Position numbers and translations under genes: made by a program. Source: Nostoc sp. DedSLP01 (GTDB lineage: Bacteria > Cyanobacteriota > Cyanobacteriia > Cyanobacteriales > Nostocaceae). From it: DNA of 64,000 nt. Location of the stretch: positions 96,001 through 160,000 of the forward strand of contig JAVRCJ020000002.1 in the NCBI GenBank assembly GCA_034530875.2, given 5' to 3'. How positions within the stretch are numbered: position 1 is the first letter of the stretch; each line of letters starts with the position of its first letter. This document shows, piece after piece, positions 10,410-18,863 of this stretch. A model generated the notes under the pieces. It saw nothing but the letters and a program-made list of their open reading frames with translations. It searched no databases and was not told where the DNA came from.

Positions 10410-11162
10410 TTACTCCTTAGCAGAAAGCAAACCCTTAATTATTTCCCCTAAGTTACCAACTTCTTCCTCTATATCGATTAAATTGATATACAGCAATTTA
10501 CCAGATTTGGCTAATTCTTTAGCGCGATCGTCCGTGGCGTTTCCCACCAAAGCACCAGCGAGTATATCTGCGGTTCTACCACTACCAGCAATTACTACAA
10601 CTAACCTACCAGTATTAACACTAGAAAACGCATCTTTAAAGGTAATTTCGCCACCATTTAAAAGTACTGTTACCGAAGGCGCGCCATTAGCTAATACCGT
10701 CGCCACTTCAGATATCCAAGGAGATTCATCGCCCCAATTACTACCAGGAACTAACACAAAATGAGTATGATTTGGCTCTAACGGCGTCAAATCAGCGTCA
10801 GCTGCTAACTGATTTGGTAAAATCGCTTTCTTTTCAGGTGTCACACCAACCAAAGCAAACTTAGCATCTATTTGGGTACGAGCCGCACCCATTAATCGCA
10901 TGACTCCCGCATCCGTACCCCCATCCACGACATAAGCGCCTAAACTTTCAGCGATGGGGGCTAAAACTTCCACGAATAACCGTTGGATGCGGAGAAAGTC
11001 AGCTTCACTGATATTACTCGCACCCCCCACCACCACTAAAACAGGACGCGAACCGCTAAGTCCTATTTCCTCTAAAGCATTTGGCAAATTTGTTTGTTGA
11101 TTAACTCGAATAGCTAATGCTGTTTGTCCGTTGTCAAAGGTAAGTTCCAAACAATTGTTCAT
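10410..11162 (-). CDS. Stand-alone SLOG protein of the TRPM-like (LSDAT_prok) type
   Basis: PVLVVVGGA, VVDGGTDAGVMRLMG, LEPNHTHFVLV, VLLNGG, VVVIAGSGRTAD match TRPM N-terminal SLOG motifs. Confidence 0.85.
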   Translation of the reverse strand: MNNCLELTFDNGQTALAIRVNQQTNLPNALEEIGLSGSRPVLVVVGGASNISEADFLRIQRLFVEVLAPIAESLGAYVVDGGTDAGVMRLMGAARTQIDAKFALVGVTPEKKAILPNQLAADADLTPLEPNHTHFVLVPGSNWGDESPWISEVATVLANGAPSVTVLLNGGEITFKDAFSSVNTGRLVVVIAGSGRTADILAGALVGNATDDRAKELAKSGKLLYINLIDIEEEVGNLGEIIKGLLSAKE

Positions 11163-11834
11163 TTGTCTAAATTACTGACTGCCTAAGTTTTACAGGGTAG
11201 ACCTTTGCAGTCATGTTCGGCAAGCGTTGTATTACGCACACTTGTCGATTAAGCATGTTTCCATAACGTTTTCATCTCGGTTGGAGAAAGTCTGAGATTC
11301 CTTTTGGTTTCCATCGTCTTTGGGGATGAGGTAAGTGGAAAGTTATCTCACTTTTCAAAAAAACTTCAAATGCTTCTGATGTTTCCATGCCCTTTCGAGG
11401 CGATCAATGTAATAAATCAAATCATAAGTTCATTACAACAATTGCTGCAATGATTTAAGCGTTTTTTATATATGGAATAGCAATTGCTGCAAAGTATTAA
11501 ACATTTTTGCAACTAGTGATATAAGTAGAATGCCGTAAAAAATCAAAGTATGTAACGAAAAGTAAAGTTGCCCAAAAAGCTCTTCCCTCCTGCCTTCTGC
11601 CCTCTGCCTCCTGCCTTGCCATAACGACAATTTTCAACACCAACCTACTTATTTTCAAGAAAGACTTAAGCCTTTCTTATATATAAAATAGCCTTTGTTG
11701 CAAAGTATTAAGCTTATATCTAAACTATTGACAAACTTTTAAAAGACTGGTCTTATTTAATAAAAATAAGTTGTTTTCCAAATAAAGAAAATGCATCAAC
11801 TCAATAAAATTACCATCAAATCAATAAGATTACT

Positions 11835-12290
11835 ATGTCTATAACATCTACAATTTACAAAATTAACACTCCATCAGTTGCTCATGAAACAATTGATGGT
11901 GAAGTTGTAGTCATTAACCTAAAAACAGGAGAGTATTATAGTTTATTAAAAGTAGCTGCTGAAATTTGGAATCAAATCGAAAAAGGCATCTCTAAACAAA
12001 ACATCATTGCAGAACTCTCTGAACAATATAATAATATCAACCAAGAAATTCAAAATTATGTAGATAATTTTTTTGAAGAACTACAGCAAGAACATCTCAT
12101 TAAGTTAGAAGGAAATAATATAGATATACCAAAAAATTCCAAGGTTTTTTATACACAAATACAAACAGAAACAATTACAGAAAAAATAGAATTTGAACCA
12201 CCAAAATTAAATAAATTTACTGATATGAGAGAATTACTTTTGCTAGATCCCATCCATGAAGTAAATGAAACCGGCTGGCCAAATACTTAG
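11835..12290 (+). CDS. PqqD-family RiPP recognition element (RRE) with C-terminal leader/precursor-like tail
   Basis: ETIDGEVVVINLKTGEYYSL..VAAEIW...VDNFFEELQQEHLI PqqD pattern; tail FEPPKLNKFTDMRELLLLDPIHEVNETGWPNT. Confidence 0.85.
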   Translation: MSITSTIYKINTPSVAHETIDGEVVVINLKTGEYYSLLKVAAEIWNQIEKGISKQNIIAELSEQYNNINQEIQNYVDNFFEELQQEHLIKLEGNNIDIPKNSKVFYTQIQTETITEKIEFEPPKLNKFTDMRELLLLDPIHEVNETGWPNT

Positions 12291-12411
12291 TAAAATCATG
12301 CAATAGACCTGCCTTGAAAATAGGGACTCTTTACTGGTGACTGGTGACTAGGAAAGAAATATTTTCATTCCTTCGTTGTGAATTGTATTCATGGAGTAAG
12401 AGTGCATAAAT

Positions 12412-12508
12412 ATTAGACCTCTTGCAAAAGTCCCTTAATACCCCACCCCCCAGTTCCTCCCCGCAGGCGGGGTGGGGTTCTTTTTTTGATTTCTGCAAGA
12501 AGTCTAAT
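12412..12508. mobile_element. MITE-like inverted-repeat element with internal GC-rich hairpin
   Basis: ATTAGACCTCTTGCAAAA / TTCTGCAAGAAGTCTAAT termini; CCCCACCCC...GGGGTGGGG inside. Confidence 0.65.
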
Positions 12509-12642
12509 GACTTTTTTCAGCCTAAAGGTATGAATAATCTTCTCTCAGCCTTGATAAAAAACCTCTATATTATTTATGTTCAAATTTAGCAATACTGAAA
12601 TAATGTATTAAACCTTCTAATTTCAAAGGGAAATATTCAAGA

Positions 12643-13326
12643 ATGAATCAAGGATTGGTTAGTGTTATTATTGCTATAAAAAATGGAGAACGGTACTTAG
12701 CAGCAGCTATTGACAGTGTTATAGCTCAAACTTATAAATGCTATGAAATTATCGTGATTGATGGCAACTCTACAGATAATACTGAAAAAATTGCTAAATC
12801 TTATAAGCAAGTTCGCTACGTATCTCAGCCTAGTCAAGGGATTGCTAATGCTTATAACTTAGGAATCGATCTAGCTCAAGGAGAGTTCATTTCCTTTATT
12901 TCCCATGACGATCTGTGGACACCCGATAAATTAACTATTCAAGTAAATTATTTACTAGATCGTCCAGAAATTCAATACACGATCGCTAGAGTCAAATTTT
13001 TTCTTGAGGAAGGATTTTCTATTCCACCTGGATTTAGACCAGAGTTGTTAATAGGCGATCGTATTGCCTATATTATGGAAACTTTGGTCGTGCGAAAAAC
13101 TATATTTGCTCAAATCGGTATGTTAAATCCTGAACTTAGTGTAGCAGAAGATGTTGATTGGTTTGCTAGAGCTAGCGATCGTCAGGTTTTACACATGGCA
13201 ATTCAGAAAGTTTTACTTTATAAACGCGTTCATGATAGCAATCTTTCATTAACATCATCAATTAATAATCAGAATCTACTAAGTATACTTAGACAATCAA
13301 TTAAACGTAAACGTAATTTAATATAG
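12643..13326 (+). CDS. Glycosyltransferase family 2
   Basis: VSVII..KNGERYL, IDGNSTD, SHDDLW (DxD variant), AEDVDW. Confidence 0.9.
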   Translation: MNQGLVSVIIAIKNGERYLAAAIDSVIAQTYKCYEIIVIDGNSTDNTEKIAKSYKQVRYVSQPSQGIANAYNLGIDLAQGEFISFISHDDLWTPDKLTIQVNYLLDRPEIQYTIARVKFFLEEGFSIPPGFRPELLIGDRIAYIMETLVVRKTIFAQIGMLNPELSVAEDVDWFARASDRQVLHMAIQKVLLYKRVHDSNLSLTSSINNQNLLSILRQSIKRKRNLI

Positions 13327-13337
13327 GAAAAATATGG

Positions 13338-14048
13338 ATGGCAAATAATCCATTGGTTAGCGTAATCATTCCAGTGTATAACTGTAATCAATATCTCGCC
13401 CAAGCAATTGAAAGTGTATTATCACAAACCTATCAGCCAATTGAAATTATCGTCGTTGATGATGGTTCAACTGATAATAGTGCTGAAGTTGCAAAGCATT
13501 ATGCTCCACTAATTCGCTACTGTTTCCAATCTAACGCTGGTAGTGGTGCTGCCCGAAATCGTGGCATAGAATTAGCCCAAGGAGAATTCTTTGCTTTTCT
13601 CGATGCAGATGACCTTTGGGTGAAAGATAAATTGATGCATCAAATGGCAGCTTTTAATAATAATAGTGAACTTCATATTGTATTCGGACAAGTCAAACAG
13701 TTTCATAGCCCAGAATTAGATGAGGCTTTTAAAGCCAAAATACACTGTCCTGCTGAATTAATGCCAGGAACTATACCCTCAGCACTACTGATGAAGCGGG
13801 AGGCTTTTTTCCATGTAGGTCGATTTGAAGTTAATTGGCAAGTAGTAGAATTTGCTAGTTGGTATATGCGTGCAAATGAATTAAATATGAATATGCTGAT
13901 TCTGCCAGAATTAGTCACACTCCGACGTTTACACACAACAAATAAAGGGGTTAGCCAACAACGTCAAGAAATTACAGAATATGCGCATATTTTGAAAGCT
14001 TCCCTTGACAGACGTCGGATAGCTAGCGAAAGAAAAGTAGAGGTTTAA
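13338..14048 (+). CDS. Glycosyltransferase family 2
   Basis: VSVIIPVYN, VDDGSTD, ARNRG, FLDADDLW. Confidence 0.92.
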   Translation: MANNPLVSVIIPVYNCNQYLAQAIESVLSQTYQPIEIIVVDDGSTDNSAEVAKHYAPLIRYCFQSNAGSGAARNRGIELAQGEFFAFLDADDLWVKDKLMHQMAAFNNNSELHIVFGQVKQFHSPELDEAFKAKIHCPAELMPGTIPSALLMKREAFFHVGRFEVNWQVVEFASWYMRANELNMNMLILPELVTLRRLHTTNKGVSQQRQEITEYAHILKASLDRRRIASERKVEV

Positions 14049-14300
14049 TATATTCAAATAAAATCTGGATTATTCGAATAATATTGAGGATTTGACTACA
14101 AAAGTCAAGATTAAATTGGAAAAATGAGCAAAATTATAGAAGAAAAAATTTAATTTATGTATTAAGTCTAAAAAAAGACTGAAAATAAATTTTATAAATG
14201 AAAAATTGAATAAGAATTAATGTTTTTTATAACTAAATAAGAATTATTACTAATCACATATAAAATCAAATTCCATGATAAATAAAGTGAATTAAAACAC

Positions 14301-15185
14301 ATGAAATCTGAGAAAAAACCTAACTTAGATTTACCAACTCCTCAGCAAAAATTACTTTTGCAAGCCTCTCTTCTTCATGGTCAAAATGCGCTGAATGCTT
14401 GGCAATCGTGGAGTGAAATTGTTGATATTGAAAAGTTAGATTCAGAATCATATAATTTGTTGTGTTTACTTTATCGGAATTTGTCTGTACACAAAATACA
14501 ACACTCAAAAATAACAATAATTAAAGGTATTTACCGCCGTACATGGTATGCTAACCAACTCCTATTTAGCAAAATTCAACCTATTTTACAGACTTTTTAT
14601 GAGACTGGAATTAAAATACTGATGCTTGCAGATATTGCTTTGATTAGCAATTATTACCAAGATTACGGTCACCGACCAGTGTATGCCATAGATTTGTTTA
14701 TACCTTCATTAGATATTGATAAAGCAATTAAGCTGTTGGCAAATTTAGGCTGGAAAAAAGTCACATCAGAAAAACTTGATTTTGAATTGCAGGATGAATT
14801 CCCACAATTACTTTTTATTCCCCGTGGTATCTTCTGGGCTGAACCTCAAGAAAAGACCGATAATCAACTTTGGAATTATGCAATTTCCTGCAAAATTAGT
14901 AATATTTCTACTCTAGCTCTGAGCCATACCGATCAATTATTATATATCTGCTTACGGGCGTTTCCAACGAATCAGTTGCAAGAAATTCGTTGGCTAGCTG
15001 ATGCTATGATTATTCTTCAAGCTTATGGAAATGAAATTGATTGGAGCAGATTAGTTACCCAAGCACAAAGGTATCAGTTAGTTTTACCATTAAAAAATAT
15101 GCTGACTATCCTAGAAGAAATTTTTAATTTTTTAATACCTAACTGGGTTTTAGCAAGTTTAAATAAAACGCCAAATTGTCCTTGA
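14301..15185 (+). CDS. Nucleotidyltransferase-family protein (NTP_transf_5-like), degenerate catalytic motif
   Basis: KGIYRRTWYAN, YYQDYGHRPVYAIDLFI (cf. R.m.D.D), DQLLYIC, IRWLADA, IDWSRL. Confidence 0.75.
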   Translation: MKSEKKPNLDLPTPQQKLLLQASLLHGQNALNAWQSWSEIVDIEKLDSESYNLLCLLYRNLSVHKIQHSKITIIKGIYRRTWYANQLLFSKIQPILQTFYETGIKILMLADIALISNYYQDYGHRPVYAIDLFIPSLDIDKAIKLLANLGWKKVTSEKLDFELQDEFPQLLFIPRGIFWAEPQEKTDNQLWNYAISCKISNISTLALSHTDQLLYICLRAFPTNQLQEIRWLADAMIILQAYGNEIDWSRLVTQAQRYQLVLPLKNMLTILEEIFNFLIPNWVLASLNKTPNCP

Positions 15186-15299
15186 AATTTGTTATTAAAT
15201 CAAATTAAACCTGAAAAAAGTCTAATTATTCAAATTTCCTTAATAAAAACCCAAATAAAGTTAAATTAATTTCTAATTAATACCAACCAAGGTTAACTA

Positions 15300-16718
15300 A
15301 TGAATCAAGAATCATTTGACAATACAAATTTAGCAGAAGCTAAATGTAAATTGGCTAATATATGGCAAGTGAAGGGGAGAATAGAATTAGCAACTGCTGG
15401 TTATCAAGAAGCTTTACGATTACAACCAGACTATATACCAGCGTATGAATCTTTGGCTAATTTAAGCATCCATCAAAACCGAATGAATGAAGCAATTCAA
15501 TATTATGAAAAAGCTTTATCTATAAATTTTGAGGCTACAGATTTATCTGTTTATTATATATATCTTGGATTATCATTAAAAATAATTAGACAGGAAGATA
15601 TAGAAATCTACAATTCAGATTTTTTGCAAGCTTACTATATCAAGGATAATCCAAATGGAAAAATAAATTTATCTAGCCAGAAGGAATTTGATTTTCATAG
15701 AAGTGGTTGGAATTTTGCACTCAATGCTTTAAAACCTTTGCATAATAGTCAAGGTATTTTGTTTGATGGATTTATTGAGAATAATTTTGTCTGGGATTAC
15801 GGAATTGCTAATGAAATATCTCCTTTAATTGTGGAAAAAATGAAACGAGATGGAGTATTTAATATCCTGAAAAATAAGTTTGCATTAGAAAAAAAACTAA
15901 TTGTACCTTATACCCAACCTTGGGCAGGTTTCATTCATAATCCACAAGAAATGCCAACTTGGCTTTATTATGAATCTTCTCCTCAAAAACTTTTTACTAA
16001 AGATATATGGAAGAAAAGTTTATATTCTTGCATTGGTCTATTTGCATTTTCAGAATACCATGCTCAATGGTTACGAGAACAAACAGGAAAAATAGTTTCT
16101 ACTTTAATCCATCCAACAGAAATACCAGAAATACAATTCAATTTTCATAAATTTTTAGAGAATCCTGAGAAAAAAGTTGTGCAGATTGGTTGGTGGTTAA
16201 GAAAGCTAAGTGCAATTTATCAGTTACCTATTGCTAAAAATAATGTCTTAAACTTTGAAAAACTAAGATTAATTCCTATGTATTGTGACAATGCAGATGA
16301 ACAGCAAGAAGAAATCATCGCCAAGGAAATTAAGATTAATAATTTAAAAATTGAACCTGCTTTTTCAAGTAATACTAAAGAAATAAAGCATATATCAAAT
16401 ACTGAATACGATATACTCTTGTCAGAAAATATAGCGTTTATGGAATTATATGACTCTAGTGTAAATAACGCAGTTATTGAATGTATTGCTAGAGGAACTC
16501 CACTTTTAATTAATCCTTTACCCGCAGTAGTAGAATATCTTGGGAAAGATTATCCTATGTACTTTACTAGTTTATCAGAAGCTGCAAAAAAAGCTGTGGA
16601 TACTTCATTGATTTTAGATACTCATAATTATTTAATAAATTGTGAAACCAGAAATAAGTTATCTCAAGAGTATTTTTTGAAAAGCTTTGAGGAAAGTGAA
16701 GTCTATCAATTAATTTAA
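15300..16718 (+). CDS. TPR protein with C-terminal GT-B-like domain of unknown function
   Basis: Two N-terminal TPRs (YQEALRLQPD, YEKALSIN); C-terminal NNAVIECIARGTPLLINPLPAVVEYLG resembles the GT4 ExxAxGxP motif. Confidence 0.7.
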   Translation: MNQESFDNTNLAEAKCKLANIWQVKGRIELATAGYQEALRLQPDYIPAYESLANLSIHQNRMNEAIQYYEKALSINFEATDLSVYYIYLGLSLKIIRQEDIEIYNSDFLQAYYIKDNPNGKINLSSQKEFDFHRSGWNFALNALKPLHNSQGILFDGFIENNFVWDYGIANEISPLIVEKMKRDGVFNILKNKFALEKKLIVPYTQPWAGFIHNPQEMPTWLYYESSPQKLFTKDIWKKSLYSCIGLFAFSEYHAQWLREQTGKIVSTLIHPTEIPEIQFNFHKFLENPEKKVVQIGWWLRKLSAIYQLPIAKNNVLNFEKLRLIPMYCDNADEQQEEIIAKEIKINNLKIEPAFSSNTKEIKHISNTEYDILLSENIAFMELYDSSVNNAVIECIARGTPLLINPLPAVVEYLGKDYPMYFTSLSEAAKKAVDTSLILDTHNYLINCETRNKLSQEYFLKSFEESEVYQLI

Positions 16719-16784
16719 GTACCAGACCAAACCCATCTAAATGATTTACTACTTGTTTAATTCCGAAAATGACAAAATAGGGAT

Positions 16785-17540
16785 ATGCTCAAAGTCACAT
16801 TATCAATTAGTGTTATTCTTCCGGTTTATAACGGAGAGAGGTTTTTAGTGCAGGCGATTGAGAATATTCAAGGGCAAAATTATCAGCCCCTGGAAATTAT
16901 TGTTGTCGATGATGGTTCTACCGATCGCACCGCCGAAATTGCCAAAGAATTTGAGGACAACATTCACTATATCTATCAACCCAATCAAGGCCCTTCCTCT
17001 GCTCGCAATCGCGGAATCAAAAGCGCGCGAGGAGAAGCGATCGCTTTTCTCGATGTTGACGATCTATGGGAAGAGGGAGTATTGGCCGAATTCGCTGATT
17101 ATTTAGTAGCTAATCCCGAAGTGGATATCGTTCAGGGATTAATTCAGCAAATGCAGATAGAGAATCTTCCCTCGGAAAATGATTCTTACCAATTCAAACC
17201 TGTCTTTCAACCTTATCAGTTTATTAATCTGGGGAGTGCTATCTACCGTCGATCGGTGTTCGATCGAGTGGGTTTACTCGACCCCAAGCTACATGATAAT
17301 GAAGATACCGATTGGTTTATGCGCGCTTGGGAAAACGATATTTGTAAAGTTGTTATACCTAAACTTATGTTGTATTACCGAAAACACGATCGCAATATGA
17401 CCCTACACCAAAAAGATTTAGTACATTTCGGAATGCTCAAAATCTACAAGCGTCGCATCGATCGTATGCGGGCGCAGGGGAAAGAAAAACATACTTCCTC
17501 CGTATCCTGGTATAGCTATTATGGTAAAACGCCGGAGTGA
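16785..17540 (+). CDS. Glycosyltransferase family 2
   Basis: ISVILPVYN, VDDGSTD, ARNRG, FLDVDDLW, NEDTDW. Confidence 0.92.
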   Translation: MLKVTLSISVILPVYNGERFLVQAIENIQGQNYQPLEIIVVDDGSTDRTAEIAKEFEDNIHYIYQPNQGPSSARNRGIKSARGEAIAFLDVDDLWEEGVLAEFADYLVANPEVDIVQGLIQQMQIENLPSENDSYQFKPVFQPYQFINLGSAIYRRSVFDRVGLLDPKLHDNEDTDWFMRAWENDICKVVIPKLMLYYRKHDRNMTLHQKDLVHFGMLKIYKRRIDRMRAQGKEKHTSSVSWYSYYGKTPE

Positions 17541-17694
17541 ATTTAATTGTTTGCGTAAGTCCTGAGTTAGAAAAGCAGCAATACTACCTTCCAAAGAAGC
17601 ATGTCTAGCTCTCAGCAGTGCTGAGTCTAAACTCCAGTTAATTACTCAGTATATAGAAGTGTTAAGGAGAAAAGGCGATGAAGCTGATTCTATC

Positions 17695-18519
17695 TTATCT
17701 AGGCAAGCGGTCAAAATCTTGCGGATTTATTTTATCAACATATTTTGAAATAATATCTCCAATCCTGTTTTCAAATTTTATGCCAGAATCCGAAGTGAAA
17801 CTTTGCGGCTCCCACCATACGTAGTTATCAGACGGAAAAGGGAGTGGGTAATAGTCGATTTCTTTCTGATAAATCTCTACTGGGTAAAAGTCAGACATCA
17901 CAATTTGTCCTGGAAAAAAAGTGTTAAGCGTGACTATTTTGTAGGTTAGTTGAGGAAAGACACATTTGATGACCTGATTCAAGCGACTTGGATATGTATT
18001 GTGTTCACAGACAAACAAAATATTATCGTCTGCAATATACCGATAGAAATTAGCAATACGCGCCCTATATAGCTCTATTAATTTGGCAAAATTGTTGGCT
18101 GCGTATAGCTCGTGTTTGCCATCTATTGATTCGTGACGAAACCTCACATTGTATTTAGTATGCTCAATGTAATTATCCTCGGTCACTATCAGGAAATCAG
18201 AGTTACAATAATCCTTAAAGCTTGACTTAATAATTTCACACAGACCATCATAATGATGCAAAGATAAATCAAAAGGTAATGTCAGTTCCCCTTGAGCTTT
18301 TGTCTGTTTATATCCTTGGCGTGTAAGTATGGTGCGTGGAAGACAGCTATATCCTAAAGAAATTATATGGTTATAATTTACTTGTCTCACTATTGCTCTG
18401 TGTGAATATATTAGTGATTTTTTGAACGGCAGGTAATTATCAGTATTTAATTTAAACCTGTACTTATAAAAAGCAGCATAACTTCCTGGAATATTACAAC
18501 AATTTCGCACTTTGGGCAA
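17695..18519 (-). CDS. DUF1796-like putative papain-like cysteine peptidase (start uncertain)
   Basis: IISLGYSCLP...LPFD...RFRHE...YRARIANF pattern. Confidence 0.65.
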   Translation of the reverse strand: MPKVRNCCNIPGSYAAFYKYRFKLNTDNYLPFKKSLIYSHRAIVRQVNYNHIISLGYSCLPRTILTRQGYKQTKAQGELTLPFDLSLHHYDGLCEIIKSSFKDYCNSDFLIVTEDNYIEHTKYNVRFRHESIDGKHELYAANNFAKLIELYRARIANFYRYIADDNILFVCEHNTYPSRLNQVIKCVFPQLTYKIVTLNTFFPGQIVMSDFYPVEIYQKEIDYYPLPFPSDNYVWWEPQSFTSDSGIKFENRIGDIISKYVDKINPQDFDRLPR

Positions 18520-18863
18520 GTTGGAACTGCCAGTACCAGAAATTCCAAATTCAAAAATTTAAAAGGATGTTTGAAAAGTAGTTAAAAGCGAATGAATATG
18601 GCATTAGCTACATATTCAATTGTCCATTTTTATTTCGGCGACTAAATTTGCTACTTTAGCGTTAGCTCGTTTGTCTGTACACCTATGCAAGCGGGGAGGC
18701 GAAGTCCATTGCAAATTGGTATTATGCCCCTACCGATGTACTTCATGTACCTGAAAAATGCTGTATATCTGGTATCTAGGCACAAAGCCTATTTTAATTC
18801 TGAATTTTGATTGCGACTCTCAAAACTGGGTGATTTGAAATTTTTAATCGGGGCAAAATTACC

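Noticed and set aside
9774..11162. Calling the SLOG-SLATT pair Thoeris or CBASS
   Set aside because: No TIR, sirtuin or CD-NTase; the NTase-like gene at 14301 is a different family, divergent and degenerate
11835..12290. PQQ biosynthesis or a canonical lasso-peptide cluster
   Set aside because: No pqqA/B/C/E, lasso cyclase or B2 peptidase in the window
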